From assembly GCA_963758495.1 (NCBI GenBank), contig CAVWVI010000002.1, positions 64,151 to 128,150 of the forward strand: DNA of 64,000 nt, given 5' to 3'. Source of the DNA: Oligoflexia bacterium (lineage in GTDB: Bacteria; Bdellovibrionota; UBA1018). The notes beneath the pieces are model-generated. The model ran no database searches and was not told the DNA's origin. It worked only from the letters and a program-made list of their open reading frames with translations. Both the position numbers and the translations under genes were made by a program. This document shows positions 48,808-57,990 of this stretch, one piece after another (within the stretch, counting starts at the first letter, position 1; each line of letters starts with the position of its first letter).

Positions 48808-48845
48808 ATCGCTTTTAAAGTCATAAAGCCTCTTCTTATCCTAAA
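48801..48845. repeat. Imperfect direct repeat of 52462-52510 (5' end and RBS of the Phd antitoxin gene)
   Basis: gcttttaaagtcataaagcctc is identical at both sites; minus strand reads MTLKAIQ. Confidence 0.8.
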
Positions 48846-48898
48846 TTCTGTCAAGAAATTCAATGGAGCGCCGATGAGAGAAGGGGAAACAAAAACAG

Positions 48899-50521
48899 AT
48901 GCAACCCTTCTTAATGCGATTCGAACACAAATCTTTCAGGGCCCAAACCTGGATCTTCGTGTTGGGACTCCTTTTGACCACTTCTGCGCAGGCAGTGGTG
49001 GGACCGGAGTATGAAGAATTGATGACTGTCCTGACCCAACTAGGGCAAGGTTCTGAGCAGGAACAGGCACAGACGGTCGAACACGCAAAGGTGATTCTGG
49101 AGAATTCGGAAAAAATGTCGAAGATCAATCTGAACGAGAAGCGCTCGGACGGATGGTTTCCATTGGGACTGGCGGCGGCCAAAGGGAGTGCCGACATTGT
49201 GGCGATTCTCATGAACAAGGGGGCTAAGCTGGATGTGTCTCTTAAGTATGAGGGAAGGCAGGCCACCCCTTTTATTTTGGCGGCCCAAAATAATCGAAAA
49301 GACGTGATGGCGCGAATCCTCAATTCGCCTCAGTTTGACTCGGCAATGCTGGCTCAGGAAAGTAGAAATGCGAGCTTATTTAAGCAGCCAAACTTGAAAA
49401 ATCAGCTTACGCGAGTGCATCAGTTTTTTCCTTGGGGAGATGCACTGGATACCACCCATGAAGTGGAAGGACATTCTCGGTGGGATCATCAGGCATCTGC
49501 CTATCGGACGATGGACTCCAGTTGTAAGATTTGTTTGGAGACTCCGGGCACTGTAGGGGAGAGTGTTCTTATCGATGGGAACATGCATACGGGCAATTCA
49601 GCGACAACGCCGTGCTGTGGCCAAGATTTTTGTGAAAAATGTTTAAAAGAGGGATCTGCAAGGGATCAAAGATGTCCTTTCTGTAGGACCGCGTTGCCCT
49701 CGGGTAGTTATCATATCATCTTGAATGCGATTGAAGAGTTTCATTGGTTGGATTCCAGTGCTGGGGGGATTTCCCGAGTTCCTCTTCCTGGGGAGGTAGT
49801 TGCGGAGACACCGTCGTCAGGAGGAGTCGTAGAAGGAAGGATCGAGAATATAGGAGGGATTGCGGGGCTCAATGCTGTTGCGCTTCCCGGTGGAACGTTC
49901 GATATGGGAACACCAGCAGGCGAAGCCGGTCGATATAATTGGGAAGAGTATCCACACAGAGTGACAGTGGGTTCATTTAAGTCGATGGATACGCATATTA
50001 CACGGCGTCAGTGGATGGCGGTCATGGGTAGAAAACCGGCGCTGCAAGAATGTTATAAGATTAAGAACTGGGATGAAAGCGAGATGGATTTGCCCGCCAA
50101 CGGAATTACTGCATATGAGGCGGATGCATTTGTAGAAAAGCTAAAAAGTAAATTGAACGGAAATAGGTTAATCCCGAGGTTGATCAGCAGTGCCGAGGCG
50201 GAATACCTGGCTCGTCTTGGGGCTGACAAACAAATTCATGCTGGACCTTATCCCTTTCCTGAGAGGGAGCTGGGTAATTATGCAGTGTATGATGGAAGTC
50301 AGGTGCAGAAGGTAAGATCGAAGCGACCGATTGCAGGGATCTATGATGCTCGGGGGAACGTGTATACTTGGACAAGCGATCTTTACGATAGGGGTCCGCG
50401 TCGCGTCCTCCGCGGCGGTTCCTTTGCGTATAAGGCGAGGTTTCTGCGGTCTGGGTCTCGCGACCACGTTGTTCCTTCGAACTGCTACGCGCACGTTGGG
50501 GTGCGGCTCGTGTTCCACTAG
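48899..50521 (+). CDS. Secreted ankyrin + RING + FGE-type C-type-lectin-fold protein (putative DGR target)
   Basis: Signal peptide ending SAQA; GWFPLGLAA/ATPFILAA ankyrins; CKIC..PCCG..FCEKC..CPFC RING; PGGTFDMG, GNVYTW, RVLRGGSF..VGVRLV. Confidence 0.8.
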   Translation: MQPFLMRFEHKSFRAQTWIFVLGLLLTTSAQAVVGPEYEELMTVLTQLGQGSEQEQAQTVEHAKVILENSEKMSKINLNEKRSDGWFPLGLAAAKGSADIVAILMNKGAKLDVSLKYEGRQATPFILAAQNNRKDVMARILNSPQFDSAMLAQESRNASLFKQPNLKNQLTRVHQFFPWGDALDTTHEVEGHSRWDHQASAYRTMDSSCKICLETPGTVGESVLIDGNMHTGNSATTPCCGQDFCEKCLKEGSARDQRCPFCRTALPSGSYHIILNAIEEFHWLDSSAGGISRVPLPGEVVAETPSSGGVVEGRIENIGGIAGLNAVALPGGTFDMGTPAGEAGRYNWEEYPHRVTVGSFKSMDTHITRRQWMAVMGRKPALQECYKIKNWDESEMDLPANGITAYEADAFVEKLKSKLNGNRLIPRLISSAEAEYLARLGADKQIHAGPYPFPERELGNYAVYDGSQVQKVRSKRPIAGIYDARGNVYTWTSDLYDRGPRRVLRGGSFAYKARFLRSGSRDHVVPSNCYAHVGVRLVFH

Positions 50522-50597
50522 CACTCAGTACTTTATCGAGAGTGCTGAAACCAGGAGGGACTATATTCAGTGATTTCAATGGATAGCCTATTTTTAC

Positions 50598-50645
50598 TAT
50601 TTGATAGTTTGACTCGTTTTATAAAATGAGTCAAACTATCAAATA
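50598..50645. promoter_or_regulatory. 48-bp inverted repeat, probable AbiEi autoregulatory operator
   Basis: TATTTGATAGTTTGACTC-g-TTTTATAAAA-t-GAGTCAAACTATCAAATA immediately before the AbiEi start. Confidence 0.75.
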
Positions 50646-51214
50646 TGCTTCTTAAGCTTCCACAATCCTTAAAGTCTTATCCATTTTCATTTCGTGAAGC
50701 TAAGGACGTTGGTTTCACCTTTTATGAGTTAAAAAAGTTAATTCAAGCAGGTGTAATCGAACAAGTTGCTCGTGGAATTTATAGGGTGCCACAACCCGAT
50801 TATTCGGAAGAAGATCAATTTCGAGTTGCAACTCTTCAAGTTGGATCACCATCAGCCATTTGCCTTGTTTCAGCTTTGAGTTTTTATGGAATTACAGACG
50901 TCATTGCAAAAAGAGTATGGCTTTTAGTTCCAAACTCAAAAAGGATAAAAGCAAAAGATGTTCGATTGATTCGAGCACGAGACCCACTTTGGGACGTTGA
51001 GATCACTCAACACGTTGGGTACTGTGTGACATCGCTTGAAAGAACCCTTGCAGAGTCACTCGTATATTCTCGTATGATTGGTGGGCAAACAGGAATTCAG
51101 TCGCTTAAGCAAGCGATCCAGGAAAAAAAGACGAGTCTTAGCAAAGTGTTTGATGTCGCAGTAAAATTAAAAGTTAATCATCGGATTCTTCCTTACATTG
51201 AGGCATTAGCATGA
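50645..51214 (+). CDS. Type IV TA antitoxin, AbiEi family
   Basis: N-terminal wHTH (GVIEQVARGIY), SALSFYG, VTSLERT. Confidence 0.85.
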   Translation: MLLKLPQSLKSYPFSFREAKDVGFTFYELKKLIQAGVIEQVARGIYRVPQPDYSEEDQFRVATLQVGSPSAICLVSALSFYGITDVIAKRVWLLVPNSKRIKAKDVRLIRARDPLWDVEITQHVGYCVTSLERTLAESLVYSRMIGGQTGIQSLKQAIQEKKTSLSKVFDVAVKLKVNHRILPYIEALA

Positions 51215-52065
51215 CCAGAAATTCACAGGCTCGTCTTATTACAAATGAAATCAAAAAATTAATTGCAAGCGAACCCAACGGGAACTTTAATGAAATGAGA
51301 CTTGTTGTAGCGATGGAGCGTGCTGTAGCACGACTTTCAGCCCATCTTTTCCTGTCTAAGCATTTAGTTTTTAAAGGTGGATTCGTGCTCCTAAAAACAA
51401 CGAATACGAATCGATTTACTCGGGACGTGGATGCATTGGCTTACGAAATTTCAAAAGATGATGTTCCCGTTTTAGTACAAGAAGCCTTGGCAATGGACCT
51501 CGTGGATGGTTTTTGGTTTGGGGACTTTCAGATAGAGGAAATTCCTGATCAAGGTGAGTATGGAGGATTGCGATTCAATTGCGCGTTTCAGCTCGGAGAT
51601 CCTCCATTGGATTCTGTGAAAATAAAAAAACTCTCTCGACTTCATATTGATATTGGAATTGGCGACAAACTTTATTCAGACCCTATCAAGCTAAAGATGA
51701 ACGCAATAATTCCTACAAAAGAATTCGTATCCTGGTTAGTTTATCCACTGGAAAGTATTTTCGCTGAAAAGCTTCAGACATTGTTCCATAGGGGATCAGC
51801 AAATTCTCGTGCAAAAGATGTGTATGATTTGATTTTTATTTTTCCAAAGTGTCAGGATCCAGATCGACTTCGTGGAGCCATTCAGCTCACATTTAAAAAT
51901 AGAAACACGTCAGTACCAAGGTCTTTTCTTGAAGAAGTTAAGGAGCTAAATCTTACGCTCTTTAATATTGCATGGCCAAGTGTACAATTAAGTACGCCAC
52001 CACAGCCTTTTTCCAAGGTCTGGAAAGAGTTTCTTCATGTGTGTGCAGCACTTGATCAGTTATAA
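51211..52065 (+). CDS. Type IV TA toxin, AbiEii nucleotidyltransferase
   Basis: FKGG..RFTRDVD, AEKL, SRAKDVYD; ATGA overlap with AbiEi. Confidence 0.88.
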   Translation: MTRNSQARLITNEIKKLIASEPNGNFNEMRLVVAMERAVARLSAHLFLSKHLVFKGGFVLLKTTNTNRFTRDVDALAYEISKDDVPVLVQEALAMDLVDGFWFGDFQIEEIPDQGEYGGLRFNCAFQLGDPPLDSVKIKKLSRLHIDIGIGDKLYSDPIKLKMNAIIPTKEFVSWLVYPLESIFAEKLQTLFHRGSANSRAKDVYDLIFIFPKCQDPDRLRGAIQLTFKNRNTSVPRSFLEEVKELNLTLFNIAWPSVQLSTPPQPFSKVWKEFLHVCAALDQL

Positions 52066-52101
52066 TCTTCTTCAAAATGCCTAATCCGATTCAGCGTAAT
52101 T

Positions 52102-52191
52102 TTATGATTTAGATATGGGAGAGTTTTGAGCAATGCAATCCTCAATTTCAAAAAGCCGACTTCTGGCTTCGTTCGTCCATAGAACCTTCAT
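52102..52191 (-). pseudogene. Truncated ParE/RelE-like toxin
   Basis: MKVLWTNEARSRLFEIEDCIAQNSP then a stop after 29 codons; ATGA overlap with the Phd gene. Confidence 0.65.
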
Positions 52192-52487
52192 TTCTGATCT
52201 TTTCGAGTTTTACGCCTCTTTGCAAGTTGGCGCTCTAATTCTTCAGTGCTTGTCACATTTCCTATATTTCCGTCTGTAACACCTTGGGCGATAGAGTCCA
52301 TGAGACGCTGGGTATAAAAACGATCATACTCTGCAGGAGAGACAATCACTCCGGCTGCTTTGCCATTCTTAGTAATGACGATAGGATGTCCTGTTGCCTG
52401 GACGCGATCCAAATAGCTGCCTGCATGATCCTTGAATTCAGCAACCGTTACCAAATCTGTTGAGAGTTGAATTGCTTTTAAAGTCAT
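52188..52487 (-). CDS. Phd/YefM-family antitoxin
   Basis: VAEFK..YLDRV..PIVITKNGKAAGVIVS..EYD. Confidence 0.88.
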   Translation of the reverse strand: MTLKAIQLSTDLVTVAEFKDHAGSYLDRVQATGHPIVITKNGKAAGVIVSPAEYDRFYTQRLMDSIAQGVTDGNIGNVTSTEELERQLAKRRKTRKDQK

Positions 52488-52738
52488 AAAGCCTCCTTCT
52501 TAGCCCTATTTTATCGGATAATTAAGCTATTTAAAAGGCATAATTATTCCTTAATTATAACTTCCTGTTTGTTTTACTGTATTGGCCCAAAAGTGTTGTA
52601 TTTTTTGCTCCGACTAGACGGTTTTTAGACTTTTTGAACCAAAACACTATGTCGGTGCTTGCTATAAAGAAAATGTAAAAAGAAACTAAAACTAAAACGG
52701 GTTTCTCAATATTTTCAAACAAAAACCGAAATGTAGCT

Positions 52739-54260
52739 ATGAACCCAATTTTTATCATTTTAGCTTTCCTGATAATTGCAACTGCAGGAGTCCATTCCGA
52801 TGCCTGGGCGAGTGGAAGCTGTACAGTTTGTCATGAAAATGTGACGGATGAAGAGATTGCCCATCATCATGCATATACCTGTGCAAAGGGTCATTGCATC
52901 GATAGGGAGTGTCTAGCTCATCAGGTCAAATCCCTTGAAAAAGTGGAAGAGTTAGAGACCCATGGTCTTTCATGTTGTGCAGAGAATTGTAGAGAGAGTT
53001 TCGTTGACGACGATTCGAGAATTATTAGAGTCAGGAGAAAGAGCGGCTTTGGATGAGCGACTTTCGAAAGCTGCAAAATCAGGTTCTATCGGTGAAACTC
53101 AGATGGAAATTCGTCGATTGTTACGAGGCATTGAAGAATCCTTTACTTTCTGTTGCCCAAACGATGGCTGTGGCGGCACCATCGACGGTAGGATTGAGGG
53201 ATGTAATGCTGCAGCTTGCTCGAATGATGAGTGCAAAGCTACATTTTGCTATCTTTGTTTAAAGCCAAAAAAGGATGGTCGCACAGCTCATCAGCATGTT
53301 CAGGAGCACAGCGGTGATTACTGGGAGAGACGCCCAGGGTATACGGAACGATACCATTGGCTTGTGGCAAGAAAGAATTTGGCGGATTTATTTCGGAGGA
53401 AAGTATCCAAGGGCGTGAGGGCTGCTGCTGTGGAATCGCGCAAAGCGATTCTTCAAGAAAGGAAAATGTGGCCACTCCCAGCGGGATTGATGAGTAGAGA
53501 ATGGATTCAAGAGGTGAAGAATACTCACCTACCCCATGATCAGGTCGTTGAACTTCTTCAAAATGAATTCATTTATCGTTATCAGGAGGAGAATTCAAAA
53601 GACGCCGACGTTGTTAAAGCTGAATTACAAAGATTAGGGGCCCCAGTTCTAGCATCTCTCGATGTTCGAGATGCGGGTGGGATGTATCCTCATGAGCGAG
53701 TGGGTCAAAATGCTGCTAACCGTGATGGTGGTGTTGTACTCGTAGTTCCAGTTGCCCGGCCTCCGGCAGAGAGGCTGATCCCAGTGATGGAGGGTGATGA
53801 GCGAGTCCGAGGAATTCCTGCGTTTGTTCGATTGGGGAGTATGTATCAAGTGGGGAATGTGATTTGGAGTGGGGTTCCAAAGAGGGAGCCGCCAAGAGGC
53901 TTTTTCAATCCCAGAGTAGAGTTCATTGTGAAGAGAATGAAGGAACGAGAGGCAGAACAATATTGTCGAAATTTGGGAGGAGGAGCAAGATTGCCCGTTC
54001 GAGAAGAGTATGAGGCTTTAGGAAGAGCGATGGGGGCTCCTCATCATTATGATCGTAATGCAATCCCTGATATGGCGCAAAATTATTTACCCCCCCATGG
54101 TATGGTGCACAGTGATTTTTATTTTTGGTTGTTGTCGGGACACATCCCTTCTGGTCTTGTCAACGCCACCTTTTTCTTCAATGGCAATAGTGGTGGCTTT
54201 GTCGGCAGCAATCCACCGCCTAATGAGGCTGCTGTGCGGTGCGTGTTGCCTGTGCATTGA
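52739..54260 (+). pseudogene. Frameshifted secreted RING1 + Rcat(RING2)-like + C-type-lectin-fold (DUF1566/Lcl-like) gene
   Basis: ORF 52739 (signal peptide, CTVC..C..H..C..CC..C) joins ORF 52962 (CPNDGC..IEGCNAAAC..C..FCYLC..H..H; YC..ARLP..EY..FW..AVRCV) across an (AG)4 run at 52991-52998. Confidence 0.75.
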
Positions 54261-54467
54261 GCGTGGGGGTCTTGTTGATCATTTGATTATTTGTGGCCAC
54301 AAAAGGGGCCACCCATCCTAGATATATTTAGATGTGAGCTAAATCCATTTTGTGAGCGTCCGAACAAATGCAGCAATTACTTCGATTTAAATGCGTTTAT
54401 TCTGATTTTTTGTGAAGTTGTAAAACGCGTTTAAGATGAATGGCTCCTGAGCCGATAAGACCCACAT

Positions 54468-54800
54468 ATGGGAAAAAATTTATTTGCGGCATTTATGGGA
54501 ATTTTATTTCTGTCTGTGAATGTATGTGCAGATACCAAGGTATTTTGTGTAAATGGTAAATATGATGTTAATGCTCCACTTTCAGATATTCCAAGGAAGG
54601 ATTTGAATGCCACTATTAAAGGGATTTTAGAAATTGATTCCAAAGCTCAAATATCTGCTCCTTCCTTCTTTTGGGTTCCATATGGGCCTGAACCACATCC
54701 TTTGATGGTACACATGTGTATAACTGTAACTTCTAGCAAAGATATACGTGATGTTATTAGTAACGAACATGCAATCAATGAAAGAAGCGAAAAAAAATAG
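54468..54800 (+). CDS. Small secreted hypothetical protein
   Basis: Signal-peptide-like N-terminus. Confidence 0.55.
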   Translation: MGKNLFAAFMGILFLSVNVCADTKVFCVNGKYDVNAPLSDIPRKDLNATIKGILEIDSKAQISAPSFFWVPYGPEPHPLMVHMCITVTSSKDIRDVISNEHAINERSEKK

Positions 54801-54843
54801 GCAATGTAGTATCTCTCATTCTGTTAAAATTGACGGTAGCGAA

Positions 54844-55377
54844 TTAAAACAGGGATCGCCCCTCTGGATAGCAATATCCAAAATACTCATTGTTAGGCAT
54901 TCCTACTATAAGCATTTTAAATGCGATGTATTCTCCTGATTCCCGAGCAAGAATCTTGGCAGGGGTAGTAGTGGCAGCTGTTTCAAATAAAGGATTAGTA
55001 ACAACTAAATCTTTACCAATAACTGTTGCTTGATCCATTTGATCAAATCCGCTGTAGGAAAAATTACCAAAAAATAATTTTTCCACTTTTCTTTCAGGAA
55101 TCAAAGGCCCAAATGATGGGATGATACGAATTACTTGGGATATGCTAAAGGGGTATACGTTGTCATCCATTTCGACTCGGACACATTTATTTTTGCTAGG
55201 TTCTAAATAATTTCCACTGCCGTATTCGATTTTTGGGAAATCTTTCTCAGATGCCGGCAAGACCGCCCCATCGTAGAGATCTTTTAGAACATCTTTATTC
55301 AAAGCAGCAAATGTCAGTCTAGGAAAAAAAAGAAATGCAATTGCGACAGAGCACATTACCATACTCATGATTTTCAT
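54844..55377 (-). CDS. Secreted hypothetical protein
   Basis: GGGGG RBS; signal peptide ending TFA; C-terminal YFGYCY. Confidence 0.6.
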   Translation of the reverse strand: MKIMSMVMCSVAIAFLFFPRLTFAALNKDVLKDLYDGAVLPASEKDFPKIEYGSGNYLEPSKNKCVRVEMDDNVYPFSISQVIRIIPSFGPLIPERKVEKLFFGNFSYSGFDQMDQATVIGKDLVVTNPLFETAATTTPAKILARESGEYIAFKMLIVGMPNNEYFGYCYPEGRSLF

Positions 55378-55441
55378 AAATCCCCCCTGTAAAAGACCCA
55401 TGTAAAAATTCGTATTAAATTCGTTCGTTAAGTTCGTTCGT

Positions 55442-55468
55442 TAAGTTTCCTCTAATTTAAACCGATCT
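55442..55468 (+). promoter_or_regulatory. Sigma-28-like promoter
   Basis: TAAG-N15-ACCGATCT upstream of the FlaG-like gene. Confidence 0.55.
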
Positions 55469-55487
55469 CTAATATGAGGAAAGAATT

Positions 55488-55865
55488 TTGAAAATCAGTC
55501 CATTGACACCGAGTGTCGGATATGTCGCGACGGTTCGTGAGAAGCAAGATGGGGGATCCTCCCATCAAGACCAATCAGAACAAAGGCAACCTGGGAGTGA
55601 TCGAGACTCACGGCGGGAGCGTCGGCAAGAAGCGAATTCAGAAAATGTTGGAAAGGCAGTTGAGGATTTTCACACAGAGTTCCAAACCCAGGTGGCGGGT
55701 CTGAATGCATGTGTTGAAGGGAGTGGGCCCGGTCTTAAAGTGATCCTAAAAGACGGAACTGGAAGCGTCGTTCGCCAGTTTACGGGAGAAGAGTTCTTGC
55801 GTCTCAGGGAAGCTGCTTCGGGAGATGGTCGGGTTGTAGGGAAAATTCTTGATCAAAAGCTGTAG
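55488..55865 (+). CDS. FlaG-like protein
   Basis: LKVILKDGTGSVVRQFTGEEFLRL resembles the FlaG C-terminus; sigma-28-like promoter upstream. Confidence 0.55.
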   Translation: MKISPLTPSVGYVATVREKQDGGSSHQDQSEQRQPGSDRDSRRERRQEANSENVGKAVEDFHTEFQTQVAGLNACVEGSGPGLKVILKDGTGSVVRQFTGEEFLRLREAASGDGRVVGKILDQKL

Positions 55866-55886
55866 GATCGCTAATTCATAAAGAGT

Positions 55887-56639
55887 ATGAATTTGTTCAT
55901 TGTTTCAGATCTTCACATTTCTGGTCCTAAAGACCCCCTTTACTCATCTTTGCTTTCACTTTTACAGCACCGCGCAGGTTCTGGCGATAAAGTCATTTTG
56001 GCAGGTGATCTGTTTGATCTTTTTGTAGGCAATAAGGCAGTTTTCACTGAGCGTTATGCTGATTTCTTAATGGCGATAGATGCAGCGGGACATCGGGGTG
56101 TTGAAATTCACTATATCGAGGGGAATCATGATTTTTTAATACATCGCGCATTTCAGCGATTGAAAGGGATCACTATCCATTCCCTGGATGTGAGCTTTGA
56201 AATTGAAGGGAAGCGCTTTTACATTGCTCATGGCGACTTGGTGGATCGAAGGGATTATGGGTATCGGTTTCTGAGAGGATTTTTTAGGAGTCCTATCATG
56301 AGAGCTTTGGTTGTTCTAGTGCCAGGGCGGTTTTTGGATCAAGTGGGTCAATCCAGTAGTAAGCGGAGCCGTAAAGGCAAGCCTATACTCGCAGCAAGTC
56401 TTCCTACTCATCGAATGCAATATCTTAGAAAAATCTATCGCAGCTTTGCCGCCGAGCGACTTTGCCAAGGCTATGACTTTGTTGTGATGGGGCACTGCCA
56501 TGATTTGGATGAAATGCATTTTAATGTGGGGGGGCGTCGAGGCCAATACATTAATGTTGGATTTCCTCGGGTTCATGGTTCTTTTCTCACTTGGTCTCCC
56601 GGCGAAGAAAAAATCCACCGTGAAAAACTGCCAGGATAA
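55887..56639 (+). CDS. lpxH: UDP-2,3-diacylglucosamine hydrolase-like metallophosphoesterase
   Basis: SDLH, GDLFD, GNHD, HGD, GHCH motifs. Confidence 0.8.
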   Translation: MNLFIVSDLHISGPKDPLYSSLLSLLQHRAGSGDKVILAGDLFDLFVGNKAVFTERYADFLMAIDAAGHRGVEIHYIEGNHDFLIHRAFQRLKGITIHSLDVSFEIEGKRFYIAHGDLVDRRDYGYRFLRGFFRSPIMRALVVLVPGRFLDQVGQSSSKRSRKGKPILAASLPTHRMQYLRKIYRSFAAERLCQGYDFVVMGHCHDLDEMHFNVGGRRGQYINVGFPRVHGSFLTWSPGEEKIHREKLPG

Positions 56640-56704
56640 CCCAGTCCTTTTTCTTTTTTGCGAGGGGAGTTGGTCACATATCTAGATTTGGTATAAGATA
56701 TGGT

Positions 56705-56851
56705 ATGAGTACAAAAACAAATAGAAAGATCACAGCTAATATCCCTGAAGAACTTCTTGTTCGGGCTATGAATGCTTCAGGAGAAGGGTTAACGCCTACT
56801 TTAAGACGTGGGCTTGAATTAGTGGCTGTTCCGAAGACAACGAGTAGGTAA
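56705..56851 (+). pseudogene. Truncated VapB-like (RHH) antitoxin remnant
   Basis: Manual translation MSTKTNRKITANIPEELLVRAMNASGEGLTPTLRRGLELVA..., 48 aa; no toxin follows. Confidence 0.5.
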
Positions 56852-57777
56852 AATTTCTTTGTAACCGATGAAGGGCTTTTCCATCGGTATCATACAAAAT
56901 AAAGTTTTGTACTTTATATTTAATAAATTTGACAGATGTAAACTCTTTAGATAGGGTCGCTTTTTAAAAGTAGCTCTTACTTATATTAATAATATGTAAT
57001 TATTTTATGTTTTTCTATGGCCTCCTGCTTGCATTTGTATAAGCATTCGAGAAACGAAATATGAAGAAATATCATGCGATCACATTAGGAATAATTAGAG
57101 TAAATTTCTTTGCAATGCTTACCACTAATGTGGTTTCGGCTGCACCAGAAAATAATTTTGAAATTCAAGGGATGCGTGTGCAGATCTCTGGTTCTGGGGC
57201 TACTGAAAATGCGGTTCGAAATGTACGGGATCGGCTGGAAGGTCCCTGGCTGAATCATCTGCTTGATCACAAGCGTAGAATGAATCAGATTGATGCTACT
57301 AGTCAGGCTGAAATTTGTCCGGTCTGTTTAGAAGAGATGCAAGGCAAGGATCTGATGTTGACTCCATGTAATCATGTGTTTTGCAGCCCTTGTATTACCC
57401 AAGTTCTCGATAATCAACATAAGTGTCCGACATGCCGTCAAAGGCTTGGAAATTCCAATCAGCTCCAACCATTGAGGTATACTCCCGGTGAGGAAGTGGA
57501 ATTGGCGGTTGAGATTGCTGAGACGGTGCCTGTTCAACCAGCAGTGAGGTGGATCGATGGCGTCAGGTGGCACATATATGAAGGAGATGAAGACTTTGTT
57601 GATGCTCAAGCTCAGGAAAGCTCTAGGCCCGCTCCCTCGGGGGTGGACTCTCATCACTCGAGTCATGGAGAATGATCCGCGAGTCACTCCTAATTATTAT
57701 GATCCTAATAGAATTCCTGATATGGCGGGAAATGAGTTTTGGTCGTTATCAGTCCACACTCATAATCCTGACGGCCT

Positions 57778-57990
57778 GCTGCAAAAAACGTATTCAAACG
57801 TAGTTACCTACTTTGATCTCTTTTTTTACATTTATACATGTTTCTCGTTTCAAACCAGACAACTTACGACTTGCAAATCTCTTGCGAGATGCACAAGGCA
57901 TAGAGGCTCTCTGTCCACGAGCGTGATTTCCCCGTCGGCCACGGGTACAGTGAATCAGAATATTTCGAGAAGCATGAACATCTCTGTCCT
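57778..57990 (-). ncRNA. Putative TnpB omega-RNA scaffold (overlaps tnpB 3' end and IS right end)
   Basis: Inferred from known tnpB architecture; local hairpins such as cttgcaaatctcttgcgag; boundaries are approximate. Confidence 0.4.
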
